Part shown: positions 53,031 to 63,478 of the stretch, piece by piece
Layout: each line of letters begins with the position of its first letter
How positions within the stretch are numbered: position 1 is the stretch's first letter
Assembly: GCA_034780895.1 (NCBI GenBank)
Contig: JAUZTB010000068.1
Location: forward strand, 21,974,019-22,037,496
Length of the DNA stretch: 63,478 bases
Reading direction: 5' to 3'
DNA from: Rhynchobatus australiae
Taxonomy: Eukaryota
Made by a program: the position numbers and the translations under genes
Notes under the pieces: model-generated
Databases searched by the model: none
Told to the model about the DNA's origin: nothing
Seen by the model: the letters and a program-made list of their open reading frames with translations, nothing else

Positions 53031-54616
53031 ATTGTATTGAAGTTTTGCCATTTCTTTGTTTTCATTTGCACACTCTATTTTTAAGTTAATTTATATGTAC
53101 CAGAGTGAGCTTAAAACATTTCAAAGCATTAATTATAAGAAATTATGTTTAAAAATGATGTCAGTGTGACTTTGAGGATGGGTTGGGTTGGCTGGTGCCA
53201 CCATGAAGCAGTAAGGAAGGGAAAGGTAGAGGGAATCAATCACAGTTAAATATAGGTGGGGAAAAATACCAAAACAAAGTTGGCTGTAGTAGGAAGTGGG
53301 TAGACAATATTAGAATTAAATGGGAGTTAGTTGGGCAGTGGGGAAGAGTGCACCAGCATCGAGTTTAAGTAATAGGACAATGAGCCACCTNNNNNNNNNN
53401 NNNNNNNNNNNNNNNNNNNNNNNNNNNNNNNNNNNNNNNNNNNNNNNNNNNNNNNNNNGAACGAGGAAGAAAATGCCAACTTTGACAGGAAAGGTGAAAG
53501 AATAAGGGCACAGCACTAAGAATATGTGAAATAGTTTTTAAAAAATGCACTGAACCCCAAGCATATTTCCAGTGATTCTAGTATAATAGCAGCTTCCATT
53601 AAGGTTACTCCTTTAACATCCAATGCATAAGTGGACAGAGGAATAATCTATCAAAATGGATGACTAATCAAAGGAAAAAGTACTAAAAGGAATATCAAAG
53701 AATTTGGTCAAAGAGAGATTTTAATAAGTGTCTTTCGAGGTCAGAAGGTAAAAGTGCTTTTAGTGGGAAGTTTATAAAGAGTCCATGGACTTCATGTTAA
53801 GGTACTGAATGGATAATGAAAAGAGGGAAGTAATTTGTCTATTAGCCAGTGGAACTGAGTGTATGGAGGCAAGTAAACCTAGTGATCTATGGTCTCTTGT
53901 GTGTTTTGCAATGACAACCAGAGAAATTCTCCCCAGAAATGCCAGTAGAGAGAATGTTGAATCGTAGAACAGTGCAACCAATCCCTCCTATGTTGAGGAT
54001 GATTTCAAAGAGAAATATCAGATTTGGCTTTGTTTTACATTCTGCATTTATTTTCTTACATATGTGGGAGTCTTGAGAAATAAAAATACTTACACTGATG
54101 TAAACAGTAACAACTTAAATTACCGTAGGTAGCTCCTTAAGGTACTGCATAAATATTTGGTGGTTGTAAAATAGAAAACAGATTTCAGTACCACCCAAAT
54201 CTCAGGATTTGGGAAAAAGTAATTTGGCAAGGTTTTACCAATATTTGTCATATTTTATTTATGTTGAGTTTGATGCTTTGTTATATGAATGTAATGGAAC
54301 AGTATAAGCAAAAGGGATTAATGAGCACTTACAAGTAAAGTCTTGCAAAGAATTGTGCAATTGAGCAGAGCTATTATCAGTTCTTTTATTGAACTTACAT
54401 TGGCTATTTACTTTATTGAAATTCAAAAGCCACATAATTCGTACTCGACCTGTATAAATCTGTTAGCTAATCAATGTACAGACAGACTCCTTTGGACTCT
54501 GACCAGCTGTAGCCAACAGTGAGTCGGGGTAAAATGGAGTTGTCTATCTCTGCAGAGAAATAAAGTTTGGTCCTGAAAATGTTTCTGAGTGATGATCTCG
54601 TTTTATAGTAGTTAAA

Positions 54617-54666
54617 AACTTGGCGATAACAGGAACTTGGCGATAACAGGAACTTGGCGATAACAG
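54617..54666. repeat. Tandem repeat, 3 x 17 bp
   Basis: AACTTGGCGATAACAGG at 54617 and 54634, plus 16/17 nt at 54651. Confidence 0.9.
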
Positions 54667-55169
54667 TAACAGCTATGGAACCTTAGAACAAAAAAAAACA
54701 AGAAAAAAATTGAAAATAGAAAAATGTAATTTTTTTTATTTTTATTGATTATTGATATTAGTGAAATATGAAACTAAAGATGAATAAAAGAACAACTTAC
54801 ATTTACTTAGTGACATCCTTTGTGATTATGACAAAGGTAATCTATCTCCTTACATCCCTTTTGGATATTTTTTTTGACAAGGTTAACCACACCATCCCCC
54901 TTCCATACCCCTCCACAATCGTCCAGCTGGTTGGGATCACATTTGCCTGGTTCCACTCTTTTCCATACATTGGTTTTGGTGATGCTTCTCTTCCTGCTCC
55001 CTTGCTGTTACTGTTGTTCTTCAAACATCTTTCCTTAGCTCCCTTTAATTTCTCATTCTGCCCTTTAGCAAATCATCTGAAAAAAACATTCGGCTTCTGT
55101 CTGAGAATCCAGCCCTACCTTATTACCACCCATCTTGGTTCTTTGTATATATTTAAATGATCAATTTGC

Positions 55170-56180
55170 TTGTCTCACACTCAGCACTAATTTGATATCG
55201 GGAGGCACAAACACATTATCATCACAAATTCTGTTCCCTCTCCATTCCCTGGTCACTGACTACACAGCTCACACTGGCAACTGAATATTTGTCACGGTAT
55301 TGTCATATTTGACCTAGAGGTAAGTTTTGAACTACATACCTGCAGATTCACAAAGACCGTTCATTCCCATCTCTCTATCATTGTCCATCTTTGTCTTGGT
55401 TCAGCTTATCTGAAGCCATGTCTTGTTAACTTTAACGTTGACAATTCCAACACTCCCCTGGTGAATATTTCTCATCATCTTCCGCATATATAGCATTTGG
55501 AACACAGCTGCCCTTATTCTAACTCCGCCTAGTCCTGTTCACGCATCGGCTGGGGCTGGCAGCTGGGCAATGCCTCAACTTTTAAACTTACCTGCTTGTT
55601 TTAAAAATTTTCCATGGCCTCAGTCCTTCTCCTCTTTCCGTATTTCCCAGTAATGTAAACACACTTTGCTGAAAGCTTCTTCCTCCATGGAGCACAAAGG
55701 ACAGCGTTCGGCCCATCGAGTCCATGGCAACTCACAGAGAAATTTCATTCCGTCCCTCATTTTTCCTGAAACATATTCTCCCCATCAACTCGCCCCTCCT
55801 CCAGATTCTACCACTCGCCTACACACTTGGGACAATTTACAGTGCCAACGAACCTACCAACTAACTTGTGGGAGAAAACTGGATCTCCGGGAGAAATTCT
55901 CCGAAATATCTGTGTTCTGTAATTCTGGTCTCTTGTTCATTCCTGAATTGTTCTGTCAACGATGATCGTGTTTTTTATCACTGAGGCCACGAAACCCAAC
56001 ATTCCCTCCTTAAAACTTTCTCCCTCTCTTTCCTCCTATTGGTTCTTTTTCCAAGCTTTTGCTCATCTGCCCTTATATGGCTCACTGTCAAATTCTGTTT
56101 GAAAACTATTCTGTGAAGGGGACTGGGATGTTTAGTTAGGTTGGAGGCATTATATAAATACGTTGTTATTGTCATTTATA
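55170..56180 (+). mobile_element. Degenerate L2-like LINE 3' region with a nested SINE piece (~55690-55900)
   Basis: Decayed L2 features and 3' end ctgtgaaggggactgggatgttt...ggcattatataaatacgttgttatt. The nested piece resembles the SINE at 58127-58453. Confidence 0.5.
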
Positions 56181-57480
56181 TAGAGTTTTTTTAATTCTGC
56201 ACGTCCCAAAACACTTTACAACTAATGAAGAATTTTGAAAATACAGTTACAGTTATTTTCATTGGAAAATACATTTTAAAAGAGAACTTTTTAAATAGCA
56301 TTAACATGATTAATGTGATTCTAAAAATCCATCACCGTAAATTGCCATGTGAGCAAGATGGCTCACTTTGCCTCTCGATGCCTTAACGACTTTATCAAAC
56401 ACTTTTTGCATGCAGCCATTTCCTTTAACAAGTTTCTATCCGACCAAACGGTCTGGCATTTGCCCTGAAAATGGCCTGAAGTTCACAACTAATGGTGACA
56501 GCATCACATGGTATGGCTTTAAAAGATTAAATAGTTTGGTGGCTATTGTCTTCATGTTTTGAATTTTTTTTCCCCATGTTTTACGAGAGCTTCTTCCCCA
56601 GCAGCACAGTGGATATTGCTCGCAGACAAAAGATAATTGACAGCTAGTTCAGCCTCTGCAGATTCTTCCGGCTTCCGATGCACTAATCAGCACAGTCCCG
56701 AGAGTCTGGAAAATTGGTCAAAACTTTCACGGGCAAAAGCGAGGTTTTGGAAGATTACGGAGAATCTGTAAAACGTACGGACTGGTAGACGTGGGCTTCG
56801 GAATCACAGCACCAGCTCGTTTAAAAGCATCTGATATACAGCGAGCGACATTGCACGAAAAGCAGCTGATCCAGGTAAGCAAATTCTTCTTCCTCCTCCG
56901 GGGTTGTTGAACTTGTAAGTATCGAGCGAGAATATTTTATGGGTCGTGATATCCTTGTGTTCAGTTGAAATATTCGCTTCTAAGCTACAGATCGGAATCA
57001 ACAGTTGTGAGATGATTTAACCGTTCTTGCTCTTTCAATTAATTGATCTGGCCGGCAGTTTTCCTTAAATTGTCATCATGGTGAAGCCTTCAATGTTGGT
57101 GGCAGTTACTGTGTTCACCCAGGAAATGCCGTGAGAGGGAGAGATATTCGAGTACCGCATCAGACTAAACAGGGTTGCTTTCTTCTTTCAGTGGCGCCTG
57201 GATAGACTCGAATGCACGATAACATGTTTGTAAATTAAAAGCTGCAGTTCTCTACCTAAAATTTAAGTGGTTATATTTTATTCAAATATAGTTTTGCAAA
57301 AGCCAATTTCACTGAACCCGACCAGTGTGAACGTGGAACAGGTTATGAAATATTTACATTTCGGAAGTTTGGGATTATCAGGAAATAGGTTGACATTTCC
57401 ATTTTTTCCTCTCTGACCAATGTTACCCCCACTCTCAGATTATTCTCTCTTTGAAGGCTGCTGATCACTCAATCGCCCGT

Positions 57481-57595
57481 ATGAAGTTCTCTTTGAAAGC
57501 TGGCGAGAGAGTGAACCAGAATCCGAGTTTCCAGGAACTCCCTGGGACAGCTGAGGACAGCACCTCTAATGGAGAATTGGGGAGATGCACAGAAG
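57481..57595 (+). CDS. Putative coding exon of an unknown small gene
   Basis: Branch-like CTGAC at 57413, acceptors at 57438 and 57456, ATG at 57481, weak donor AAG|GTCTGC. Reads MKFSLKAGERVNQNPSFQELPGTAEDSTSNGELGRCTE. No homology recognised. Confidence 0.25.
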
Positions 57596-58126
57596 GTCTG
57601 CGTCAGGGGGAGAGAGTGTTTGAGGAGATGGAGTTGGCCACGATACTGATGGGATTTATGGAAAAAAAACAATTATTTTGAGAAGAATGTTGTGGGATCA
57701 AGAGAAACTTGTTAATAGTTGAGCAGGACTTATTATGGAATAGAATGCATGTGGCAGTATTTGTGACAAGTTCAAGTTTATAGAGGATAGAGAATCTGCA
57801 GAGACTATTAGTATTCAGAAGGGGAAAGCATCCATTTGGTTCCCACCTNNNNNNNNNNNNNNNNNNNNNNNNNNNNNNNNNNNNNNNNNNNNNNNNNNNN
57901 NNNNNNNNNNNNNNNNNNNNNNNNNNNNNNNNNNNNNNNNNNNNNNNNTCCCACCTCAGAGATGCTGCAGTGGGGGCAAAAATAAGAAGGGTTGCAGGTA
58001 AGAAAGCATGGAGACTTGAAGTTGATAGAATATATAGTTGAAAGCTCAGTTGAGTACCAAACAGCAGGGGAAGATTGTAAATGGTGTGGCTCCATGTGAA
58101 AGTGATCTATGGTAAAAGTGTTAAAG

Positions 58127-58453
58127 TCATAGAGAGATACAGCACAGAAAAACGTCTTTCAGCCTGAGTCCCTGCCAACCATTAATTACCCATTTACACT
58201 AATCCTACATTAATCCCATTATTTTATTCTCCCCACATTCTCATCAACCACACACATACACACTAGGAGGAATTTACAGTGGCCAATTAACCAACCAATC
58301 CGCACATTTTTGGGATGTGGGAGGAAACCAGAGCACCCAGAGGAATCTCATGTTGTCACAGAACGTGCAAACTCCATACATTTAGCAGCTGAGGCCAGGA
58401 TTGAACCCAGGTCTCTGGCACTGCAAGGCAGTGGCTCCACTAGCTGCACCACT
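58127..58453 (-). mobile_element. tRNA-derived V-SINE (HE1-like)
   Basis: Minus strand has an A-box-like GTGGTGCAGCTAGTGG, B-box GGTTCAATCC (58398-58407), V-domain-like ggagtttgcacgttct...ggtttcctcccacatccc and a LINE-like tail. Confidence 0.85.
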
Positions 58454-60359
58454 AAAAAAGAGATGGTTAGAGATTTGGCCTTCTCAATGCACGTAGGAAG
58501 ATGTGACTCATTAAGGGGTTGAAGGGGGCAGAATGAGAAATCATCAGTGGACAAATAAACACTGAACATAAACTCTTAAAGAAATTAACAACTGTAATGT
58601 TATAAGATTTGCATTCATCCAGCATTTATAATGTAGGATAATCATCCTAAGATATAGTGTAACTTCACCCTATTTATCGCTGTGCATGTAAAAATTAAGG
58701 GCACTTGAAAACAACAACAAAGTGAAATACATAATGAGACATGTGTTCTGTGTGTAATTGTTCATTTACCTCAGCAAAGGCACTTTCATGTGATTAGCCA
58801 TTGAGCAAGCGGGAAATAATACACAATACTTTTTCCACAAATAGCCTCTGACATTTCCTATTGTGTCCCATGGAGCACAGGTTGATTTTTCCGTTTAATG
58901 ATTTTTGTTATTGATGTGCCTGAGATTATGTAAATTGCAATCCATGACATTTTATTATACTTCAACCCCACAGACAATTCAGACACCCCCACCCCACCTG
59001 TGTATAATCTGGATTATTATACAGGCATATAATATTGTTTTTATTTTTATATCTTACATAAAATACATTTTCATAGTTTTTATATAGCTTTTCAATGTTG
59101 CTCTTTGCATGCCTGCTCAGTGCCAAACCTGAAGCCAAAGATCTGACCTCTGCGAATACTTGTATTGTGGTGCCGACACAATTGGTTGATGTGGTTGGGA
59201 TCATGTCAGTAATAAACGATGGCAAAAACGTCACTTTGATTTATTGGCAGGAATTGTTGAAAAGTAAAATTTATGGAGATTCATCAATGTCTCCAGCAAC
59301 AGGAACTGCAAAGGTTAGACGTAGGGTGGAATCTCTCACATCTGTCAACAATGCCCATAATCCCAAACTGAGAGGAGGTGTACTGGTGTTTCATTTCAGT
59401 TTTTCAAATCAACATCCCAAGGTGTGGGACACTGCCAACTGGATAGTAAATTGTGTAGAACTGTGGATGGCTCTGTGCTCGACATGTGTGCTCAGTACCT
59501 TTCATATCGCCAAACAAATTTCACCTAGCAGCATTTTGATAGACAGGGAGACTGTCTGTCAAACAGTTTGAATTGTATTGAAACCATGGTCAGAATTTTC
59601 AGTTTCCACAGGTGTAAAATAACTGGTATTGGGCCAATGACTATACACCTTACTCAATTTTCCCTTTCATTGAAGTTGAAATTGCTACTATTCCCTGTTC
59701 TATGCTTCCACAAAAGTCAGTAATTCCATCATCTGATTTAAGTAAATTAACAATAATTTAACACAGCTCTCTCCCCCTTTCAGGTCCTGAAATAAGACTC
59801 TTTAACTGTAAAAACTTCACACACCAAAGGAATATCACAGTTTATTAAACATTTGGCACATTCTTGGTCTGAAGATTGTAAAGACTGACATATAAAATTT
59901 AAAATGTTTTGCAAAAAACATGGTTATATTATATCCCTTGATACTTTTCAATTATTCCAAATATTTAAAAATAATTGAAAATCAATAAAACCTGCAGAAG
60001 CTGGAAATCGTTAAAAAAAAGAACATGTTGGAAATACTCAGCAGGTCAGGCCGCATCTGTGGGAAGAGAAACAGAGTTAAAATTTCAAGTGAAAGACCAT
60101 TCCTTGAACAAAAGTAAAAGCGACAGTGTCCTTTCTGCGGGAGTAGTTTGTTGCAAACACTAATTAAAGAACTGTAAAAGAAGATGAATATTTCAAAGGT
60201 TTGAATGTAAAAGCATCATGTAAAAGGAATAGCAAATTTGAGGTTTGAAAGGGGTTTAAATGAATTAAGTTTGAATAGGGCAGATGAGTTTGGTTGCAAT
60301 GGATTATGGGGTAGCTGGATTAACAAAACAAGTTGCACCCTCACCTTGTTCAATCTACA

Positions 60360-60703
60360 CGTTCCCATTGAGTTTACTGTGTTCAGTTCCGGTTGCCACA
60401 TTATAGGAAGGATGTGGAAGCGTTGGCGAGGGTGCAGAGGAGATTTACCAGGATGCTGCCTGGATTAGAGCATATGGAATATGAGGAGAGGCTTAAGGTG
60501 CTAGGGCTTTACTCACTGGAGAGGAGGAGGATGAGGGGGGACATGACAGAGGTGTATAAAATATTGAGAGGAATAGATAGAGTAGAAAGCCAGCGCCTCT
60601 TTCCCAGGGCACCAATGCTCAAGACAAGAGGGCACGGCTTTAAAATAATGGGGGGGGGGGAGTTCAGGGGAGATGTCAGAGGGAGGTTTTTCACCCAGAG
60701 GGT
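60360..60703 (+). mobile_element. Relatively young CR1-like LINE ORF2 C-terminus
   Basis: Uninterrupted PHYRKDVEALARVQRRFTRMLPGL...LGLYSLERRRMRGDMTEVYKI...RGHGFKI...FFTQR, up to a 100-N gap. Confidence 0.92.
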
Positions 60704-63478
60704 NNNNNNNNNNNNNNNNNNNNNNNNNNNNNNNNNNNNNNNNNNNNNNNNNNNNNNNNNNNNNNNNNNNNNNNNNNNNNNNNNNNNNNNNNNNNNNNNN
60801 NNNCCTGGACTTTAATAGGGAAAGGTTAAGGAGAAGCATAAGGCTCTTCAAAATCAGTGCTTTCAAGTCATGGGTCTTATCTCCATGCCACCAAATGTCT
60901 GCCCACTTGATAGAAGCAGAAGCATGTTTGGTGGAGGGCACCATCCAGCACCAAAGGACTGGTTGCCAACATCAAGATTCTTGCATTTTAAGGTATTTGT
61001 TGTATTTCAGCGTGAGACTGGTTTGTAAGTCGCTTGAGATCATGTGAGTTCAAGTCAGTTCTGTCGACAGTGCCTGCAAACAGCAGAGATTGTGGAGAAG
61101 GGAGGGGTCACTACCAGCAATTTCAGATTTCCTTATTAAATTATGCATTTGCTGAAACAGTCACCGTTAGTTTCACGGTGCAATAACAATTAAAGGAAAA
61201 GCTGAGGGAATGGGGTTTGGGAGGAAATTTGTAAGAGGAAAATTGGGAAGAAGCCTTAAATAGTCCATTTTTACTCTTCCACAAGGAAAATAAGAAGATT
61301 TCCTTGCATAAGTCCCTTTTGGCTTTGGCTGCGAGTCCTGCTATTGTCAGCCTGTGGGGAGAGAGAGCCTCAATGGCTTCCCTACTGAGGCCACAGTTAA
61401 CATTGCAGAGGGACTTAATGATATGATCTGAAAATTAAAAGATGGACCTCTTTACCTTCTAGTTTTACACCAGTCCTGAGGAGGTTACAGTGGAAAGCAA
61501 TGGGATCGGTGCAGGATGATGTTCGCCAAGTCCCCTGCGTGGTGGTGTCTGAAAATCAGCATGATTTCTGCTGGGTGGCTGGGTTAAGATTAACTTATTG
61601 AAAGTGAAATTGCAGATTTTGCAACAATGATAATAGCAAAAGGATTGGCATTACCAAATCCAGAAATGCGCCCTATCCCCAATTATTGAGCTTGCTCCAT
61701 AGTGGCTAAAAAAATGTCCTGAGTTTAAGAATTTGGTGCCCTCTATACCTTTTCTACTAACCTTATCATTATTAATGTTAGAGTCATTACAATCCATCAC
61801 TATTACTGTCCCAATGCCTTTGCAGATGAATAATTCGCCTACAAACATGCAGTTTCTGAATCTTCACTGATGACTTCTCCTAATGCTTGAAGCATCTAAA
61901 ATGGAAGGAGGAATAAGGGTGTTTTCAGATCTATGTGACTAAAATACTCAGGCAGGCAGAGTTCCCTTTACATGGTGTGGAAAATATATGACTATATGGG
62001 AGGCGATTCTGAAAATTTCTTTGCTGTCTCAATCTTATCCAGAATCATCGACTTAATGCTTACCTCCCTGATAGTGGAGGTGAACAATGAGAAGAATTGA
62101 AAGAAATTATGGGGTTAGTAAAATAAAAAGGGATAGTGGTACAATTCTTCCATGTCCAATTAGCATCTGGGTTCTCCATCAACTTGGATGCCTTTACAAC
62201 AACTATATTATGTAAGGGTTTAAGGATGAGTTTCTTTTTGAAGAGGTGATGACGTAAGATTTGAAAACAAGAGAGACTATATCAGAGGCGAGAGCATTGT
62301 TAACAATATCAGCTAACATGGGAGCTGGAATAGAAGATGGATGGTCAGTAATTTAGTGGGATTAAAGTGGTGTGCGGTTTCTAGTTAAAATGAGTTCAGA
62401 GAGGGCATGAAGAGTGAACAAAGAGAAATGAGAAGAGGGTGCACATTGAGGATCAGGTCAGCAGGAATATTAGAGGAAGTTTGGCTTAATGGGCCATGCG
62501 AAAGAGGGAAGTGACATAGGCAGTTGATCAGCTAGAGTCATTTTCAGTAACAGTGAAGTCCATGAACTTATCAGACCTACACTGCCTATCTCAGTCAACA
62601 ACAGTTCTAAAGACTAGGAATCATTTCCGTAGCCCTGCTCTGGAGCTTTTCCAAGGCCGTTAGGACACAGATGAGGCAAAAAGAATGACTGTGGCACTGC
62701 ACAATGTGCAAAACACTGAAAGCTATTGTTGACTCACTTGGTGTAATCATCCTTGGCAACAACTTCCTGTTCAGCATGGTGAGTCCTCTAATTGTTTGCT
62801 TTGATATTATGACTGAGATCACAGTTTTGGATAAATAGTGCTGGTACTGCTTAGTATAGGTACAGTGGATTCCCACTTCAAAATTATATTTTTGCTTTTC
62901 AGTAAAGATAGGGATTTAAATTAAAAGGTAAGTTTAAATGCACAGCATGTTTCATTTAAATTATTTTCTTTCCTCTATGTAATTTGTGAATGTGCCTTAG
63001 ACTGTAATTTATTTGCTCAGGCACAAGAGCGCCTTCATTTAATGGAAATTTGATTCCCATCTCTATGGCAATTGTTTTGTATCTCAGAAACCTAGGGCCA
63101 AACACAATTTTTTTCTGTGACACAAATTAATTGTTACTGTAATTACCTTGGTGACTATTAAAACATTTAGTTAGTTGTGCCATTAAATATTTTCCCAGGG
63201 AATCTCAGCAGTACAAGATCTGACTGAGATTTGGGTAAATGAAAAGTCATAGGAAGTAAGGAAGAACAACAAAGCCATTACCTGTAATGTGGAAGGTCTT
63301 TGACGCACACACATTGTCCTCAGAGCCAAAGAAATATAAGGGAATGTCGGAGTCAGAGAGGATTGAATACACTGCAGATACAGTGACAAGCTGTAATTTT
63401 GCTAAATTAAGGAGTCACTAAAAAAATTGGAAACAAATTGCAGATGCTGGAAATCTGAAACAAAAAACAGAAAGCACC

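Noticed and set aside
58380-58453. tRNA gene
   Set aside because: The A/B boxes belong to a SINE head followed by a V-domain and LINE-like tail; no full cloverleaf.
59095-59571. 158-aa ORF, and similar ORFs at 12518-13039, 27766-28158, 36016-36432 and 54768-55160
   Set aside because: No recognisable domain or exon signals. Several are antisense to or overlap transposon relics.

Overview
Vertebrate genomic DNA: AT-rich, CpG-depleted, repeat-dense, with many scaffold N-gaps. The CR1/L2/RTE/Penelope/V-SINE repeat mix suggests a cartilaginous fish (inference). Two known genes lie in tandem on the + strand. The first is a cannabinoid receptor, most likely cnr2 (reconstructed 384 aa, 5935-7766); its normally single coding exon is broken in TM4 by ~560 bp of non-coding sequence plus a gap, and again by an artefactual gap. 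The second is an akirin, most likely akirin1 (CpG-island promoter; exons 1, 2 and 4 visible; exons 3 and 5 probably in gaps). The CNR-then-AKIRIN order mirrors human CNR1-AKIRIN2. A second CpG island (~49.3-50.7 kb) holds a tandem NRF1/E2F-like promoter array and an apparently intronless 292-aa Glu/Gly/Pro-rich ORF that I cannot assign to a family. Within it, a 44-codon block is strongly basic in the ORF frame but acidic in the adjacent frame, as if bounded by two compensating frameshifts. A weaker three-exon candidate for a 59-aa microprotein gene lies at 56.7-60.0 kb. No tRNA, rRNA or CRISPR was found. All family assignments are from recalled sequence motifs, not database searches.
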